From Nitrospira sp. (GTDB taxonomy: Bacteria > Nitrospirota > Nitrospiria > Nitrospirales > Nitrospiraceae), in NCBI GenBank assembly GCA_024760525.1, contig CP060499.1, forward strand, positions 997,296 to 1,029,295: a stretch of DNA of 32,000 bases, read 5' to 3'. The notes beneath the pieces were generated by a model, which made no database searches, had not been told where the DNA came from, and saw only the letters and a list, made by a program, of their open reading frames with translations. Made by a program: the position numbers and the translations under genes. Position 1 is the first letter of the stretch. Every line of letters starts with the position of its first letter. Of this stretch, positions 1 to 8,998 are shown in pieces.

Positions 1-175
1 ACTGCCGAAGGATCAAGCCGTGTTGCTGTTGTTGAAACGGCAGGGTAGGACGATCTATCTCACACTTCGTCCATGAGGCGCCCTGAAGTCAGCAAGATGG
101 AAGGGACCGACGCCGGGGTTTCGCCGACGACCGATAGTTCCTCCCACAATGAGCACGCTAGCCCGGACTTGATCC

Positions 176-895
176 GTGAGTAATCGCACCGCGGCTCTCG
201 TCCCTGCCGCCGGACGCGGGCTTCGCATGGGCGGCCCTGTGCCGAAACAATTCCTGTCGCTCGGCGGGGAACCTCTTATCCTCCATTCTCTCCGTGTCCT
301 TCAAGCCTCTTCAGCCATCGATGAAATCATCCTAGCTGTTCCCGCAACCGAGATGGACTATTGCCTCACGCAGATTGTGGCACAGCATCACTTCACCAAA
401 GTGACAAAAGTAGTGCCTGGAGGAAAGGAGCGGCAGGATTCAGTGCGGCATGCGCTCGAGGAAGTGCACGACGATGTCGCGGTGGTGCTGGTCCATGATG
501 CCGTACGCCCGTTTCTTACCGAGCGGATGGTGGAAGAAGTGGTGCGGAAGGCGCGGGCTAAGGGAGCAGCGATCATTGCTCTGCCGATGAAAGATACGGT
601 CAAGCAGGTGGGCATGGACCATGTGATCAAACGGACACTCGATCGGGAGACCCTATGGCTGGCTCAGACCCCGCAAGCCTTCCGGCGAGATTGGTTGTTG
701 GCAGCCCATCGGAAGGCTCATGGTGAGGGAGTTCGCGCGACGGATGACGCTTATTTGATGGAGTGGTGCGGCTATCCTGTGTCTGTGGTGGAGGGGAGCG
801 GAGAAAATATCAAAGTGACGAGGCCGGAAGATATGGCGATCGGCGAAGCAATCTTGTCGTCACGCCGATCGGACAGCATGAAAGGATCGACATGA
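176..895 (+). CDS. ispD: 2-C-methyl-D-erythritol 4-phosphate cytidylyltransferase
   Basis: 239-aa ORF with a GTG start. It has the N-terminal 'LVPAAGRGLRMG' nucleotide-binding signature and IspD-like length. Its stop overlaps the ispF ATG (ATGA at 892-895). Confidence 0.9.
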   Translation: MSNRTAALVPAAGRGLRMGGPVPKQFLSLGGEPLILHSLRVLQASSAIDEIILAVPATEMDYCLTQIVAQHHFTKVTKVVPGGKERQDSVRHALEEVHDDVAVVLVHDAVRPFLTERMVEEVVRKARAKGAAIIALPMKDTVKQVGMDHVIKRTLDRETLWLAQTPQAFRRDWLLAAHRKAHGEGVRATDDAYLMEWCGYPVSVVEGSGENIKVTRPEDMAIGEAILSSRRSDSMKGST

Positions 896-1377
896 AAAGA
901 GGCTTTCGTATCGGCTATGGCTACGACGTCCACCCACTCGGACCGGGCCGTAAATTGATTCTTGGGGGAATTGAAATTCCGCACACGAAAGGATTGCTCG
1001 GCCATTCCGATTCCGATGTGCTGGTGCATGCGGTCTGCGATGCGTTGTTGGGCGCGATGGGAGAAGGAGATCTCGGGCGGCACTACCCGAGTTCAGACCC
1101 CAAGTACAAGGGGATCTCGAGCTTGAAACTGTTGGAAGATGTCATGGCGAAGCTGAAGGCCAAGGGGTATCAGGTGGGAAACATCGACACCGTGATTGTG
1201 GCCCAGGCTCCGCGGCTCGGCCCGCATCTGGCGGCGATGCAGAAGACAATGGCGGAGACTGCGGACATCGATCCTGCCCTGATCAATGTGAAGGTCAAGA
1301 GCGGGGAAGGATTAGATGCGGTCGGGCACGAAGAGGGAATGATCGCTCACGCTGCATGTTTGATCGAGCCGGTCTGA
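892..1377 (+). CDS. ispF: 2-C-methyl-D-erythritol 2,4-cyclodiphosphate synthase
   Basis: Internal ATG at 892 of ORF 763-1377. From '[16 protein letters not shown]' it carries the '[11 protein letters not shown]' motifs typical of IspF. The 43 upstream codons overlap ispD and look spurious. Confidence 0.9.
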   Translation: MKRGFRIGYGYDVHPLGPGRKLILGGIEIPHTKGLLGHSDSDVLVHAVCDALLGAMGEGDLGRHYPSSDPKYKGISSLKLLEDVMAKLKAKGYQVGNIDTVIVAQAPRLGPHLAAMQKTMAETADIDPALINVKVKSGEGLDAVGHEEGMIAHAACLIEPV

Positions 1378-1396
1378 CGTCGTACGCTACTCAGTC

Positions 1397-2044
1397 GTGT
1401 TGACGAAGATCAAACAAGACCTCCAGGCGATTTTTGATCGGGATCCCGCGGCAACCAGCAAGCTGGAGGTGGTCCTGACCTATGCCGGGTTTCATGCCCT
1501 CCTGGCCTACCGCTTCTCCCACTGGCTGAAATCACATGATGTTCCGATTCTGCCGCGTGTTGTTTCGCAGTTCGCCCGTTGGGTGACCGGTGTTGAGATA
1601 CATCCTTCCGCCAAGATCGGGACCGGTTTTTTCATCGACCACGGGATGGGAGTCGTGATCGGGGAAACGGCCGAAATCGGCGATTATGTGACGCTCTTTC
1701 AAGGAGTGACGTTGGGCGGCACGGGCAAGGAGCGGGGGAAACGCCATCCCACTCTGGGCAATCACGTCGTGGTCGGGGCCGGTGCCAAGATCCTTGGCGG
1801 CATTACGATCGGCGATAACGTGAAAATCGGCGCAAATTCCGTCGTGCTGAAGCATGTCGCGGCCAATTCAACCGTGATCGGCGTGCCCGCCCGTGTCATT
1901 AAGACCCAGGGGACGCGTTTACCAGATGCGACCATGGATCAGGTCAATCTGTCCGATCCGATTTTTGACCGGCTGATCGCCCTTGAACGCGAATTGATCG
2001 AGCTCCGCAAGAAGCTCGAAAACCCGGACAAGCCGCGTCCCTAG
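1397..2044 (+). CDS. cysE: serine O-acetyltransferase (hexapeptide-repeat)
   Basis: 215-aa ORF. SATase N-terminal region '[33 protein letters not shown]' is followed by left-handed beta-helix hexapeptide repeats ([23 protein letters not shown], etc.). It lies 19 nt after ispF, so it is probably in the same operon. Confidence 0.85.
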   Translation: MLTKIKQDLQAIFDRDPAATSKLEVVLTYAGFHALLAYRFSHWLKSHDVPILPRVVSQFARWVTGVEIHPSAKIGTGFFIDHGMGVVIGETAEIGDYVTLFQGVTLGGTGKERGKRHPTLGNHVVVGAGAKILGGITIGDNVKIGANSVVLKHVAANSTVIGVPARVIKTQGTRLPDATMDQVNLSDPIFDRLIALERELIELRKKLENPDKPRP

Positions 2045-2115
2045 GTTTCTTCACTCGACCTCTTCGTTTTCTCCTCGCCCGCCGCTTGAGTGCACTCATT
2101 TTCTCCGATTCTTTA

Positions 2116-2141
2116 GGCCGGCAGTCCCAATCCCGCCGGCC
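2116..2141 (+). terminator. candidate stem-loop downstream of cysE (GGCCGGC-N12-GCCGGCC)
   Basis: 7-bp GC-only inverted repeat, 2116-2122 paired with 2135-2141, with a 12-nt loop. There is no clear T-tract, so terminator function is uncertain. Confidence 0.3.
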
Positions 2142-2329
2142 GATCTTCCAATTACCTTCCATTAGCCCCAGCTTCTCGTCTGTACACTTCACCGTTCTAA
2201 TTCATCACCGTTCTCCGGACTGAAGGTAGGAAGATTTCTCCCGGGGAAATAGGGTATTCTCTCCGGCGAGCCATTAAGTATAGCGGCAGCCGTATCGAAC
2301 AGTATCGGCAGGAATAAGGAAGGGAACTC

Positions 2330-3964
2330 ATGAGTTCAACACCAGGCAGCACACCGGCGCGCCAATTTAAGAAGCTCCTGATGTCCGAGCAGTTGGAATT
2401 CATCTGTGAAGCCCACAATGGTCTGAGCGCAAAAATAGTTCAAGAAGCCGGCTTCCGAGGTATTTGGGCCAGCGGCCTTTCCATCTCGGCGCAATTCGGT
2501 GTCCGCGACAACAACGAAGCCAGTTGGACCCAAGTCCTGGACAATCTGGAATTCATGTCCGATGCGACGACGATTCCGATTCTTCTCGACGGCGATACCG
2601 GATACGGCAACTTCAATAACATGCAGCGTCTCGTCCGTAAACTGGAGCAGCGCCGTATTGCCGCGGTCTGTATCGAGGACAAGCTTTTCCCCAAGACGAA
2701 TAGCTTTATCAAGGGGGACGCCCAACCGATGGCGGACATGCAAGAGTTTTGCGGCAAGATCAAGGCAGGCAAAGATGCCCAGACCGATCCGGACTTTTCC
2801 ATCATTGCCCGGGTGGAAGCATTTATCTGCGGCTGGGGGCTGGCGGAAGCTTTGCGGCGAGCCGAGGCCTATCGGCAGGCAGGTGCCGACGGCATCCTCA
2901 TTCATAGTGCGTTATCGGTACCGGATGAGATCCTGTCGTTCAAACAAGAATGGGGAAACCGATGCCCGGTCGTGATCGTGCCCACCAAATACTACGCCAC
3001 GCCCACCGATGTGTTTCGGCAGCATGGATTTTCCATGGTGATTTGGGCCAATCACATGCTGCGGGCCGCGGTGGCCGCCATGCAGAAAACGGCGAGGATT
3101 TTAAAAGAACAAGAACATCTCCTCTCCATTGAAGACAAGGTCGTGCCGGTTTCAGAAATCTTTCGCCTGCAAAATGCTGCGGAATTACAGGATGCTGAAG
3201 ACCGATACCTTCCCCGCGGCGCCGAAAACACGTCCGCCGTCGTGCTGGCCGCCTCCCGCGGGGAGGAACTCCGGGAGTTGACGGAACATCAGCCCAAGAC
3301 GATGGTGAACATTCAGGGCGCGCCGATTCTGTCTCACATCGTGGAGGCGTACAACGCCGTGGGGATCAAAGACATCACGGTCGTGCGCGGGTATAAAAAG
3401 GAAGCGGTGACCCTGCCGAACTTGACCTATCTCGACAACGATGACTTTGCTGAAACCGGTGAACTGGATTCCCTGGACAAAGCTCTCCGGGCGCGGAAAG
3501 GCCTGGCCAAGGACCTGATCGTTTCGTACGGTGACGTGCTGTTCAATAAATACATCCCTCAGGCGCTCTGTCAGGAAAAAGAAGACTTTGTGATCTTCGT
3601 GGATAGCGATTGGCAGAACCAAAGCAGCTATGCTCGCTTGGGCGGTTTTGCCGAATGCTCTTTGCCCAATTCAAAGAAGGCCTTTAACGCGAAGATCTAT
3701 CTCAAGCAATTGGGAGATACGGTTCCGAGAGAACACACTCATGGAGTCTGGATGGGTTTTCTGAAAACTTCTCCTGCTGGAGCCGTCCAGTTACAAACGA
3801 TTCTGACCGCAATGCTGGCCGATCCCGTCAATCGCAAAGCCGGCATCCCCCATCTGTTGCAAGAACTGCTAAGGCGTCAGCATCCGATTCGCGTGCTGTA
3901 TACGGTCGGCCACTGGCTTGATATCAACAGTCTCGATGACGTGGTTCAAGCAGGTAATTTTTGA
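2330..3964 (+). CDS. pepM: phosphoenolpyruvate mutase fused to a C-terminal nucleotidyltransferase (LicC/PntC-like) domain
   Basis: 544-aa ORF. The N-terminal ~290 aa carry PEP mutase/isocitrate-lyase superfamily motifs ('[10 protein letters not shown]', '[10 protein letters not shown]', 'CIEDKLFPK'). The C-terminal ~250 aa begin with an '[16 protein letters not shown]' sugar-nucleotidyltransferase-like glycine-rich loop. Confidence 0.85.
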   Translation: MSSTPGSTPARQFKKLLMSEQLEFICEAHNGLSAKIVQEAGFRGIWASGLSISAQFGVRDNNEASWTQVLDNLEFMSDATTIPILLDGDTGYGNFNNMQRLVRKLEQRRIAAVCIEDKLFPKTNSFIKGDAQPMADMQEFCGKIKAGKDAQTDPDFSIIARVEAFICGWGLAEALRRAEAYRQAGADGILIHSALSVPDEILSFKQEWGNRCPVVIVPTKYYATPTDVFRQHGFSMVIWANHMLRAAVAAMQKTARILKEQEHLLSIEDKVVPVSEIFRLQNAAELQDAEDRYLPRGAENTSAVVLAASRGEELRELTEHQPKTMVNIQGAPILSHIVEAYNAVGIKDITVVRGYKKEAVTLPNLTYLDNDDFAETGELDSLDKALRARKGLAKDLIVSYGDVLFNKYIPQALCQEKEDFVIFVDSDWQNQSSYARLGGFAECSLPNSKKAFNAKIYLKQLGDTVPREHTHGVWMGFLKTSPAGAVQLQTILTAMLADPVNRKAGIPHLLQELLRRQHPIRVLYTVGHWLDINSLDDVVQAGNF

Positions 3965-3968
3965 CTTC

Positions 3969-3991
3969 TGCGCGCGTTTTACGCGCGCGCA
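3969..3991 (+). other. alternating-GC stem-loop in the pepM-ppd spacer
   Basis: tgCGCGCG-tttta-CGCGCGCgca forms a 7-8 bp pure G:C stem with a 5-nt loop, 5 nt after the pepM stop. No U-tract follows. It may be an intra-operon attenuator or an mRNA stability element. Confidence 0.45.
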
Positions 3992-4085
3992 CTCATCTCG
4001 TCATGATGGGGTCGCCGCCGGGTAATTCGGGATCGCCCCACTTGCAACGTATTCGTACTCAATCGTTCTCTATGGAGAAGAGTCC

Positions 4086-5219
4086 ATGCTGAACCCACAG
4101 GAATTTATTGAATGTCTGAAAGAGAATGGCGTTGAGTTTTTTACGGGAGTGCCGGATTCCCTGCTTAAAGATTTGTGTGCCTGCATCGCTCATACGAGTC
4201 GAACCGATCGGCACATCATCGCCGCGAATGAAGGCGGAGCCGTGGCTTTGGCACTGGGGTACCACTTGGCAACACGGAACATTCCCCTCGTCTATCTACA
4301 GAACTCCGGGTTGGGCAACGTCATCAATCCCCTTTTATCACTGGTTGATGAAGAGGTGTATTCGATTCCTATGCTGTTCGTCATTGGCTGGCGTGGCGAA
4401 CCGGGGTTTCACGATGAGCCTCAACACAAAAAGCAGGGTCGAGTGATGCGTCCCATGCTTGAGGCCATGGAGATTCCCGTTTCCGTGTTGGGGCCGGAAT
4501 TGGATCATGCGGCCACGATCGTGAAAGACGCACTTACCTATGTCCGAAAGACCAGCGGCCCCTATGCCCTCATCATCAAGCAAGGTACCTTTGGCACCTT
4601 TGTTGCGCCGCGGACTGAGAAAACGGAGTTCCCACTCACTCGGGAAGAGGCGATCCAGCAGGTGATCGATGCCCTGGAGCAGCGAGATGTGGTTATCTCT
4701 ACCACTGGCATGCCTTCTCGGGAAGTGTACGAATACAGAAGCAAAAGGGGTGACGGCCATCAGCGCGATTTCTTAACGGTTGGCGGCATGGGACATGCTT
4801 CTCAAATCGCGCTTGGCATTGCGCTTCAAAGACCTGAGCGCTCCGTCTATTGTCTCGATGGAGACGGCGCGCTTCTGATGCACATGGGGGCTCTGGCGCT
4901 CAATGGAACGCTCAAGCCCAGAAATTTTAAGCATATTATTCTGAACAATGGCGCCCATGATTCGGTCGGTGGTCAGCCGACAGTGGCACGGGATATTGAT
5001 ATTCTGGGCATTGCTCGTGCCTCTGCCTACGAACAGGTCCTGAGGGCTCAAACGAAGCAGGAACTCCAGTCGTGTCTGGAAGAGCTGAAACGCGCAATTG
5101 GTCCGAGCCTACTGGAAGTCTGCGTACGCCGCGGAGCGAGGAAGGATTTGGGCAGACCGGCCACCACGCCGGTTCAGAACAAGAACGCCTTCATGGAGTT
5201 TATCGAGCGCAACGGTTAG
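4086..5219 (+). CDS. ppd: phosphonopyruvate decarboxylase (thiamine diphosphate-dependent)
   Basis: 377-aa ORF. N-terminal TPP pyrimidine-binding domain ('FFTGVPDSLLKDL...NEGGAVALALGYHLA'). C-terminal TPP motif 'LDGDGALLMHMGALA...ILNNGAHDSVGGQ'. Its position directly after pepM is the canonical phosphonate arrangement. Confidence 0.85.
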   Translation: MLNPQEFIECLKENGVEFFTGVPDSLLKDLCACIAHTSRTDRHIIAANEGGAVALALGYHLATRNIPLVYLQNSGLGNVINPLLSLVDEEVYSIPMLFVIGWRGEPGFHDEPQHKKQGRVMRPMLEAMEIPVSVLGPELDHAATIVKDALTYVRKTSGPYALIIKQGTFGTFVAPRTEKTEFPLTREEAIQQVIDALEQRDVVISTTGMPSREVYEYRSKRGDGHQRDFLTVGGMGHASQIALGIALQRPERSVYCLDGDGALLMHMGALALNGTLKPRNFKHIILNNGAHDSVGGQPTVARDIDILGIARASAYEQVLRAQTKQELQSCLEELKRAIGPSLLEVCVRRGARKDLGRPATTPVQNKNAFMEFIERNG

Positions 5220-5356
5220 CGAATACGCGAAGCTGGACGTAGGTTAAGTGCTACATGTGGTCCTCGTGGAGGGTATGGTCTTGCATTGAGGCTGAATTCA
5301 ACGCGATTCAGCACGTAGCGACCCGCTTTCAACGATTCCTCTGCATCTTTGAAGCA

Positions 5357-6094
5357 TCAATCATAATCGACTCGCACCAAAAATAGCCCCTGTGGGGGAG
5401 CCGTTTTGCCGGCAGCCGAGCGGTCACGAGCCGCAAGAATGGTTTTGAGGCTGTCCGCCGGACGTTTGTGTGTGCCGACTTCCACAAGGGTTCCGACGAG
5501 CGATCGGACCATTTGCTTCAAGAACCGGTCGGCGTAGGCTTCGATCCGCAATCCTTCACCCTCTCGAAAGACGGTGAATCGTTGAAGATGACACATGGGG
5601 TCGTCGTTTTCTGTCGGCTGTGTCTGGAACGAAGAAAAATCGTGTGAGCCGATCAGGTAGAGGCCGGCCTTATTCATCGCCGCGTCATCGAGAGGGCGAT
5701 GGACGTGCCAACGATAGTCTCGTTCAACCGCCGGACGCTCCGAGCGATTCACAATGCGGTACTCATAGAGTTTGCCCTTTGCCGAATGTCTCGCATGGAA
5801 TGAGTCCGGCATGAGCATGACTGACCGCACTGCAATGCTCTCCGGCAGGTGGGCATTTAAGGCCCTGCTCCATCCACGAGGCGTCATGTCTCGGTCGATA
5901 CGGAAGCTTGCTGCCTGCCCCAGCGCATGAACTCCGGCGTCGGTACGTCCGGCGCCGATCACCGGTACTTTGGATTGAGTGACACCGAAGATGGCCGTTT
6001 CGACGGCTTCTTGAATCGTCGGCTGGCCGGGCTGGCGTTGCCACCCTGCGTAGGCCGTGCCGTCATACTCGAGGATGAGTTTTATGGTGGGCAT
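5357..6094 (-). CDS. truA: tRNA pseudouridine(38-40) synthase
   Basis: 245-aa ORF. Starts 'LILEYDGTAYAGWQRQ' and has the catalytic-Asp motif 'GAGRTDAGVHALGQ'. Confidence 0.9.
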   Translation of the reverse strand: MPTIKLILEYDGTAYAGWQRQPGQPTIQEAVETAIFGVTQSKVPVIGAGRTDAGVHALGQAASFRIDRDMTPRGWSRALNAHLPESIAVRSVMLMPDSFHARHSAKGKLYEYRIVNRSERPAVERDYRWHVHRPLDDAAMNKAGLYLIGSHDFSSFQTQPTENDDPMCHLQRFTVFREGEGLRIEAYADRFLKQMVRSLVGTLVEVGTHKRPADSLKTILAARDRSAAGKTAPPQGLFLVRVDYD

Positions 6095-6124
6095 GAAACC
6101 CGGAGCTCGCGACCAAGGAAATGA

Positions 6125-7408
6125 TCATCGGATATCCGATCTATTGCTGGCGAGGAACGAGACAATGCCCTGATAGAGCGATTGGGCGACATCTCTGACG
6201 AATACCGGCTTCTGGAGGAGGTCTTCTTCAGTAGGGTTCGAGATATAGGCAATCTCGGCCAAGATACTGGGCATACTCGTAAATCTCAATACGTAAAAAG
6301 GGGCTGTCTTGACGCCATGGTCGTTGACGGCGTAGTGCCCGTTCATTTGAGCGACCATCGCCTCTTTCGCGTTCCAGGCGAGCTCCAACGATTCTTCGAT
6401 CTTCTTGGTGGTCAGCAGATCCGCGACGAGATATTCCCATCCGACTCCGGTGTTGCTGATGGGCGTGCCGTTCTCTCGTGCCGCCACTTCCAAGGCCCGC
6501 TGATCCTTGGCCTCTCCGAAATGATAGATTTCAATGCCTTTGACGGAACGCGAGGGATGCGAATTCACATGGATGGACACGAATAAATCGGCCTCGTGGC
6601 TATTGGCAAACTTGGCCCGGTCTCCCAGCTCGACGAAGACATCACGGTCACGTGTCATCATCACGCGCATGCCCGGTTGCTTGCTCAAAAGCTCCCGGAG
6701 TTGAAGTCCCACTTTCAGTGTGATGTCTTTTTCTTCCGTTCGCCGAAGACCGCGTGCTCCGGGGTCCTTTCCCCCATGTCCGGGGTCTATCACAATTGTG
6801 GTGTAGTCTTTGGCAGGAGGCGCAATGGGCTGAGGGGCCGGAGGGATTGAACGTGAAGGTATCTCACGTATTCCGTTTGGAGAGGCGGCACCCTGGTCTA
6901 TGGCGGGGGTGACATCGACAACCAAGCGGGGAGGATCGGAAAGCGCGAACTGCTTATACGTCCGAAATGATGTGGTCGGGAGGGACACGGCGACGATATG
7001 TGGAGTCAGTTGGCTCACCATAAAGAGAGAAGGGACTGTACCATCAGCGGCCTTGGTCAGCGCCGGTTGACTTAACGAGGCATTGGACAGCGCAATAACC
7101 ACACGACTCGGATTGTCCTCTCGTTGCTCGACGACCTTGGTGTGGCGATCTAAATCCATCACAAGTCTGGTTTTGCCTGGGCTGGTCATCACCCGGAGGT
7201 TTCGGACAGTGACAGGAGCGAGGGATGCAGGCGTTGCCCCCACACGGGGCTTTTTCGACTTCGTCGCCGCCTGAGGACGATGATGGTCAGGGGATTCACC
7301 CCAGGCCGGTTGGATCAGAACGGCATGTGCGGAAATAAGGAAGATCCCGCAGAATAAAAGGTGGATAACGGGCTTGACTGAAAGCAGCCGTGGTTCTCGT
7401 GCTTGCAT
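6125..7408 (-). CDS. amiC: N-acetylmuramoyl-L-alanine amidase (AMIN + Amidase_3 domains)
   Basis: 427-aa ORF with an N-terminal signal/TM segment and an AMIN-like region ('VRNLRVMTSPGKTRLVMDL'). The C-terminal Amidase_3 motifs are 'IVIDPGHGGKDPGA' and 'DLFVSIHVNS'. It lies 30 nt upstream of truA on the same strand. Confidence 0.85.
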   Translation of the reverse strand: MQAREPRLLSVKPVIHLLFCGIFLISAHAVLIQPAWGESPDHHRPQAATKSKKPRVGATPASLAPVTVRNLRVMTSPGKTRLVMDLDRHTKVVEQREDNPSRVVIALSNASLSQPALTKAADGTVPSLFMVSQLTPHIVAVSLPTTSFRTYKQFALSDPPRLVVDVTPAIDQGAASPNGIREIPSRSIPPAPQPIAPPAKDYTTIVIDPGHGGKDPGARGLRRTEEKDITLKVGLQLRELLSKQPGMRVMMTRDRDVFVELGDRAKFANSHEADLFVSIHVNSHPSRSVKGIEIYHFGEAKDQRALEVAARENGTPISNTGVGWEYLVADLLTTKKIEESLELAWNAKEAMVAQMNGHYAVNDHGVKTAPFYVLRFTSMPSILAEIAYISNPTEEDLLQKPVFVRDVAQSLYQGIVSFLASNRSDIR

Positions 7409-7534
7409 ACGCCCTTTTCAGGCAATGAGGATGTGAGACTATTCTCAGATGTCCGTCGCCTTGTCAAGAAATACGCCAGTTAGTAATGCGGAACCCGCAT
7501 TGACTGTTCCATCATCTCCGCGGTAGCGTGAAAG

Positions 7535-8056
7535 ATGCCCACCCATTTGATCGTCGACGGATATAATCTTCTGGGAGTTGGCGGAACGCGTTCCGGACAT
7601 CTGGAATCGGCCCGCGAATCGTTATTGCGGGATCTCGCGGCCTATCGTCACCGCAAGAATCATCATATTACCGTTGTGTTCGATGGCTGGCAGCAGAGCC
7701 GATCGACGGAGGAGCGGGAACATCGCGCCGGTGTACAGGTGATCTATTCGAAACGAGGAGAGCGGGCGGATCAGGTGATCCAACGGTTGGCGCGGGAATA
7801 TGGAGTCGGCTGCGCGGTCGTCAGTTCCGACCATGAGATCGTGAATGCGGCCAGAGCGCATGGGGCCTTCGTCATGGAAGCTCGGGAGTTTGCGGGGAAA
7901 CTTCGAGGATTGACGGCTTCGATCGGCATCGTGCCGTACAAGGAACTTGATGCCGGAGACGGCGAACACTCAAGGCGCGGACCGGAAAAGAAGGGGAATC
8001 CCCGGAAGCTTCCAAAGTCCCAAAGGCAGCGCGACCGTCAGCTCAGGCGATTTTGA
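7535..8056 (+). CDS. YacP/Rae1-like NYN-domain ribonuclease
   Basis: 173-aa ORF. The pattern 'HLIVDGYNLLG...ITVVFDG...YSKRGERADQVIQRL...VVSSDHEI' matches the YacP (DUF901) family. The basic C-terminal tail overlaps the tatD 3' end by 14 nt on the opposite strand. Confidence 0.7.
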   Translation: MPTHLIVDGYNLLGVGGTRSGHLESARESLLRDLAAYRHRKNHHITVVFDGWQQSRSTEEREHRAGVQVIYSKRGERADQVIQRLAREYGVGCAVVSSDHEIVNAARAHGAFVMEAREFAGKLRGLTASIGIVPYKELDAGDGEHSRRGPEKKGNPRKLPKSQRQRDRQLRRF

Positions 8057-8816
8057 ACAGCTGTTTCGCATTGTCGCTGGTCTGCTTGGAGATTTGTTCC
8101 AACGACAGAGATGGGGCATGCAGGGACGCCAACTGTTGTGCGACCAGGGTCACGTAGGCCGGTTCGTTGCGCTTTCCGCGATGGGGGACGGGGGTGAGAT
8201 ACGGGCAGTCGGTTTCGATGAGTACGCGATCCAGCGGCGTTTGCCGGGCGATCTCGCGGAGTGCCGTTGCGTTTTGAAACGTCAGGATTCCAGAAAACGA
8301 AAGGTGGAAACCCAGATCCAGCGCCTCTTTAGCCAGCCAGCTATCCCCGGAAAAACAGTGAAACACCCCGCCGACCTCTGACGCTCGCTCCTCCTTCAAA
8401 ATCGCGATCGTATCCTCCTGCGCCTCTCTCGTGTGAATGATCACGGGCAGCTTGAGTTCGCGCGCAAGCTGAATCTGTTCGCGGAACCGTTCACGCTGTT
8501 CCTTGGGAGAAGAATGATTGTAGTGATAGTCGAGCCCGATCTCTCCATAGGCCACGACCTTGCCGCTCTGCGCCAAACGGCGGAATTCATCGTACCAATT
8601 GTCCTCGATATGTTTGACCTCATGGGGATGAACCCCGACTGAGGCATACACGAAGGGAAAGCGATCGGCCAGTACGGCGGCAGATTGGCTGGTTGTGAGA
8701 TCACAGCCGATGGTGATGAACATCGCGACTCCGGCCTCGCGCGCGCGGCCAATCATGGCTTCACGGTCGTCGTTGTAGCGGGCGTCGTCGAGATGTGTAT
8801 GTGTGTCGATCAACAT
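8043..8816 (-). CDS. tatD: TatD-family metal-dependent hydrolase/DNase
   Basis: 257-aa ORF. It has the 'MLIDTHTHLD' start, 'GEIGLDY' and 'IHTREA' motifs, and a C-terminal 'ETDCPYLTPVPHRGKRNEP'. Confidence 0.9.
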   Translation of the reverse strand: MLIDTHTHLDDARYNDDREAMIGRAREAGVAMFITIGCDLTTSQSAAVLADRFPFVYASVGVHPHEVKHIEDNWYDEFRRLAQSGKVVAYGEIGLDYHYNHSSPKEQRERFREQIQLARELKLPVIIHTREAQEDTIAILKEERASEVGGVFHCFSGDSWLAKEALDLGFHLSFSGILTFQNATALREIARQTPLDRVLIETDCPYLTPVPHRGKRNEPAYVTLVAQQLASLHAPSLSLEQISKQTSDNAKQLFKIA

Positions 8817-8998
8817 CGGCGCATCCTACCATGGTAGTGAAATCCAGGATACCCAAGTGTTCTACAATCGGTTTGTCCAGAGCGTGTCGAAGAGATATGG
8901 TCGGTGCGATGGTTCAACATCCCTATGATTCACCGGTTACCGACTCACACGGTCATCGTTGTCGAAGTGTACGGGTTCGATGGTCGGGAGGATAGGAA

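Noticed and set aside
2-76. Possible 3' end of an upstream plus-strand gene (frame 2: ...LPKDQAVLLLLKRQGRTIYLTLRP*).
   Set aside because: Only 24 codons are visible, which is not enough to tell a real gene end from a chance open frame or to assign a function.
8043-8056. 14-nt convergent overlap between the YacP/NYN gene and tatD, as a possible antisense regulatory arrangement.
   Set aside because: Short 3'-3' overlaps are common in compact genomes. The NYN C-terminal tail is low-complexity, and its true stop position has little functional implication.
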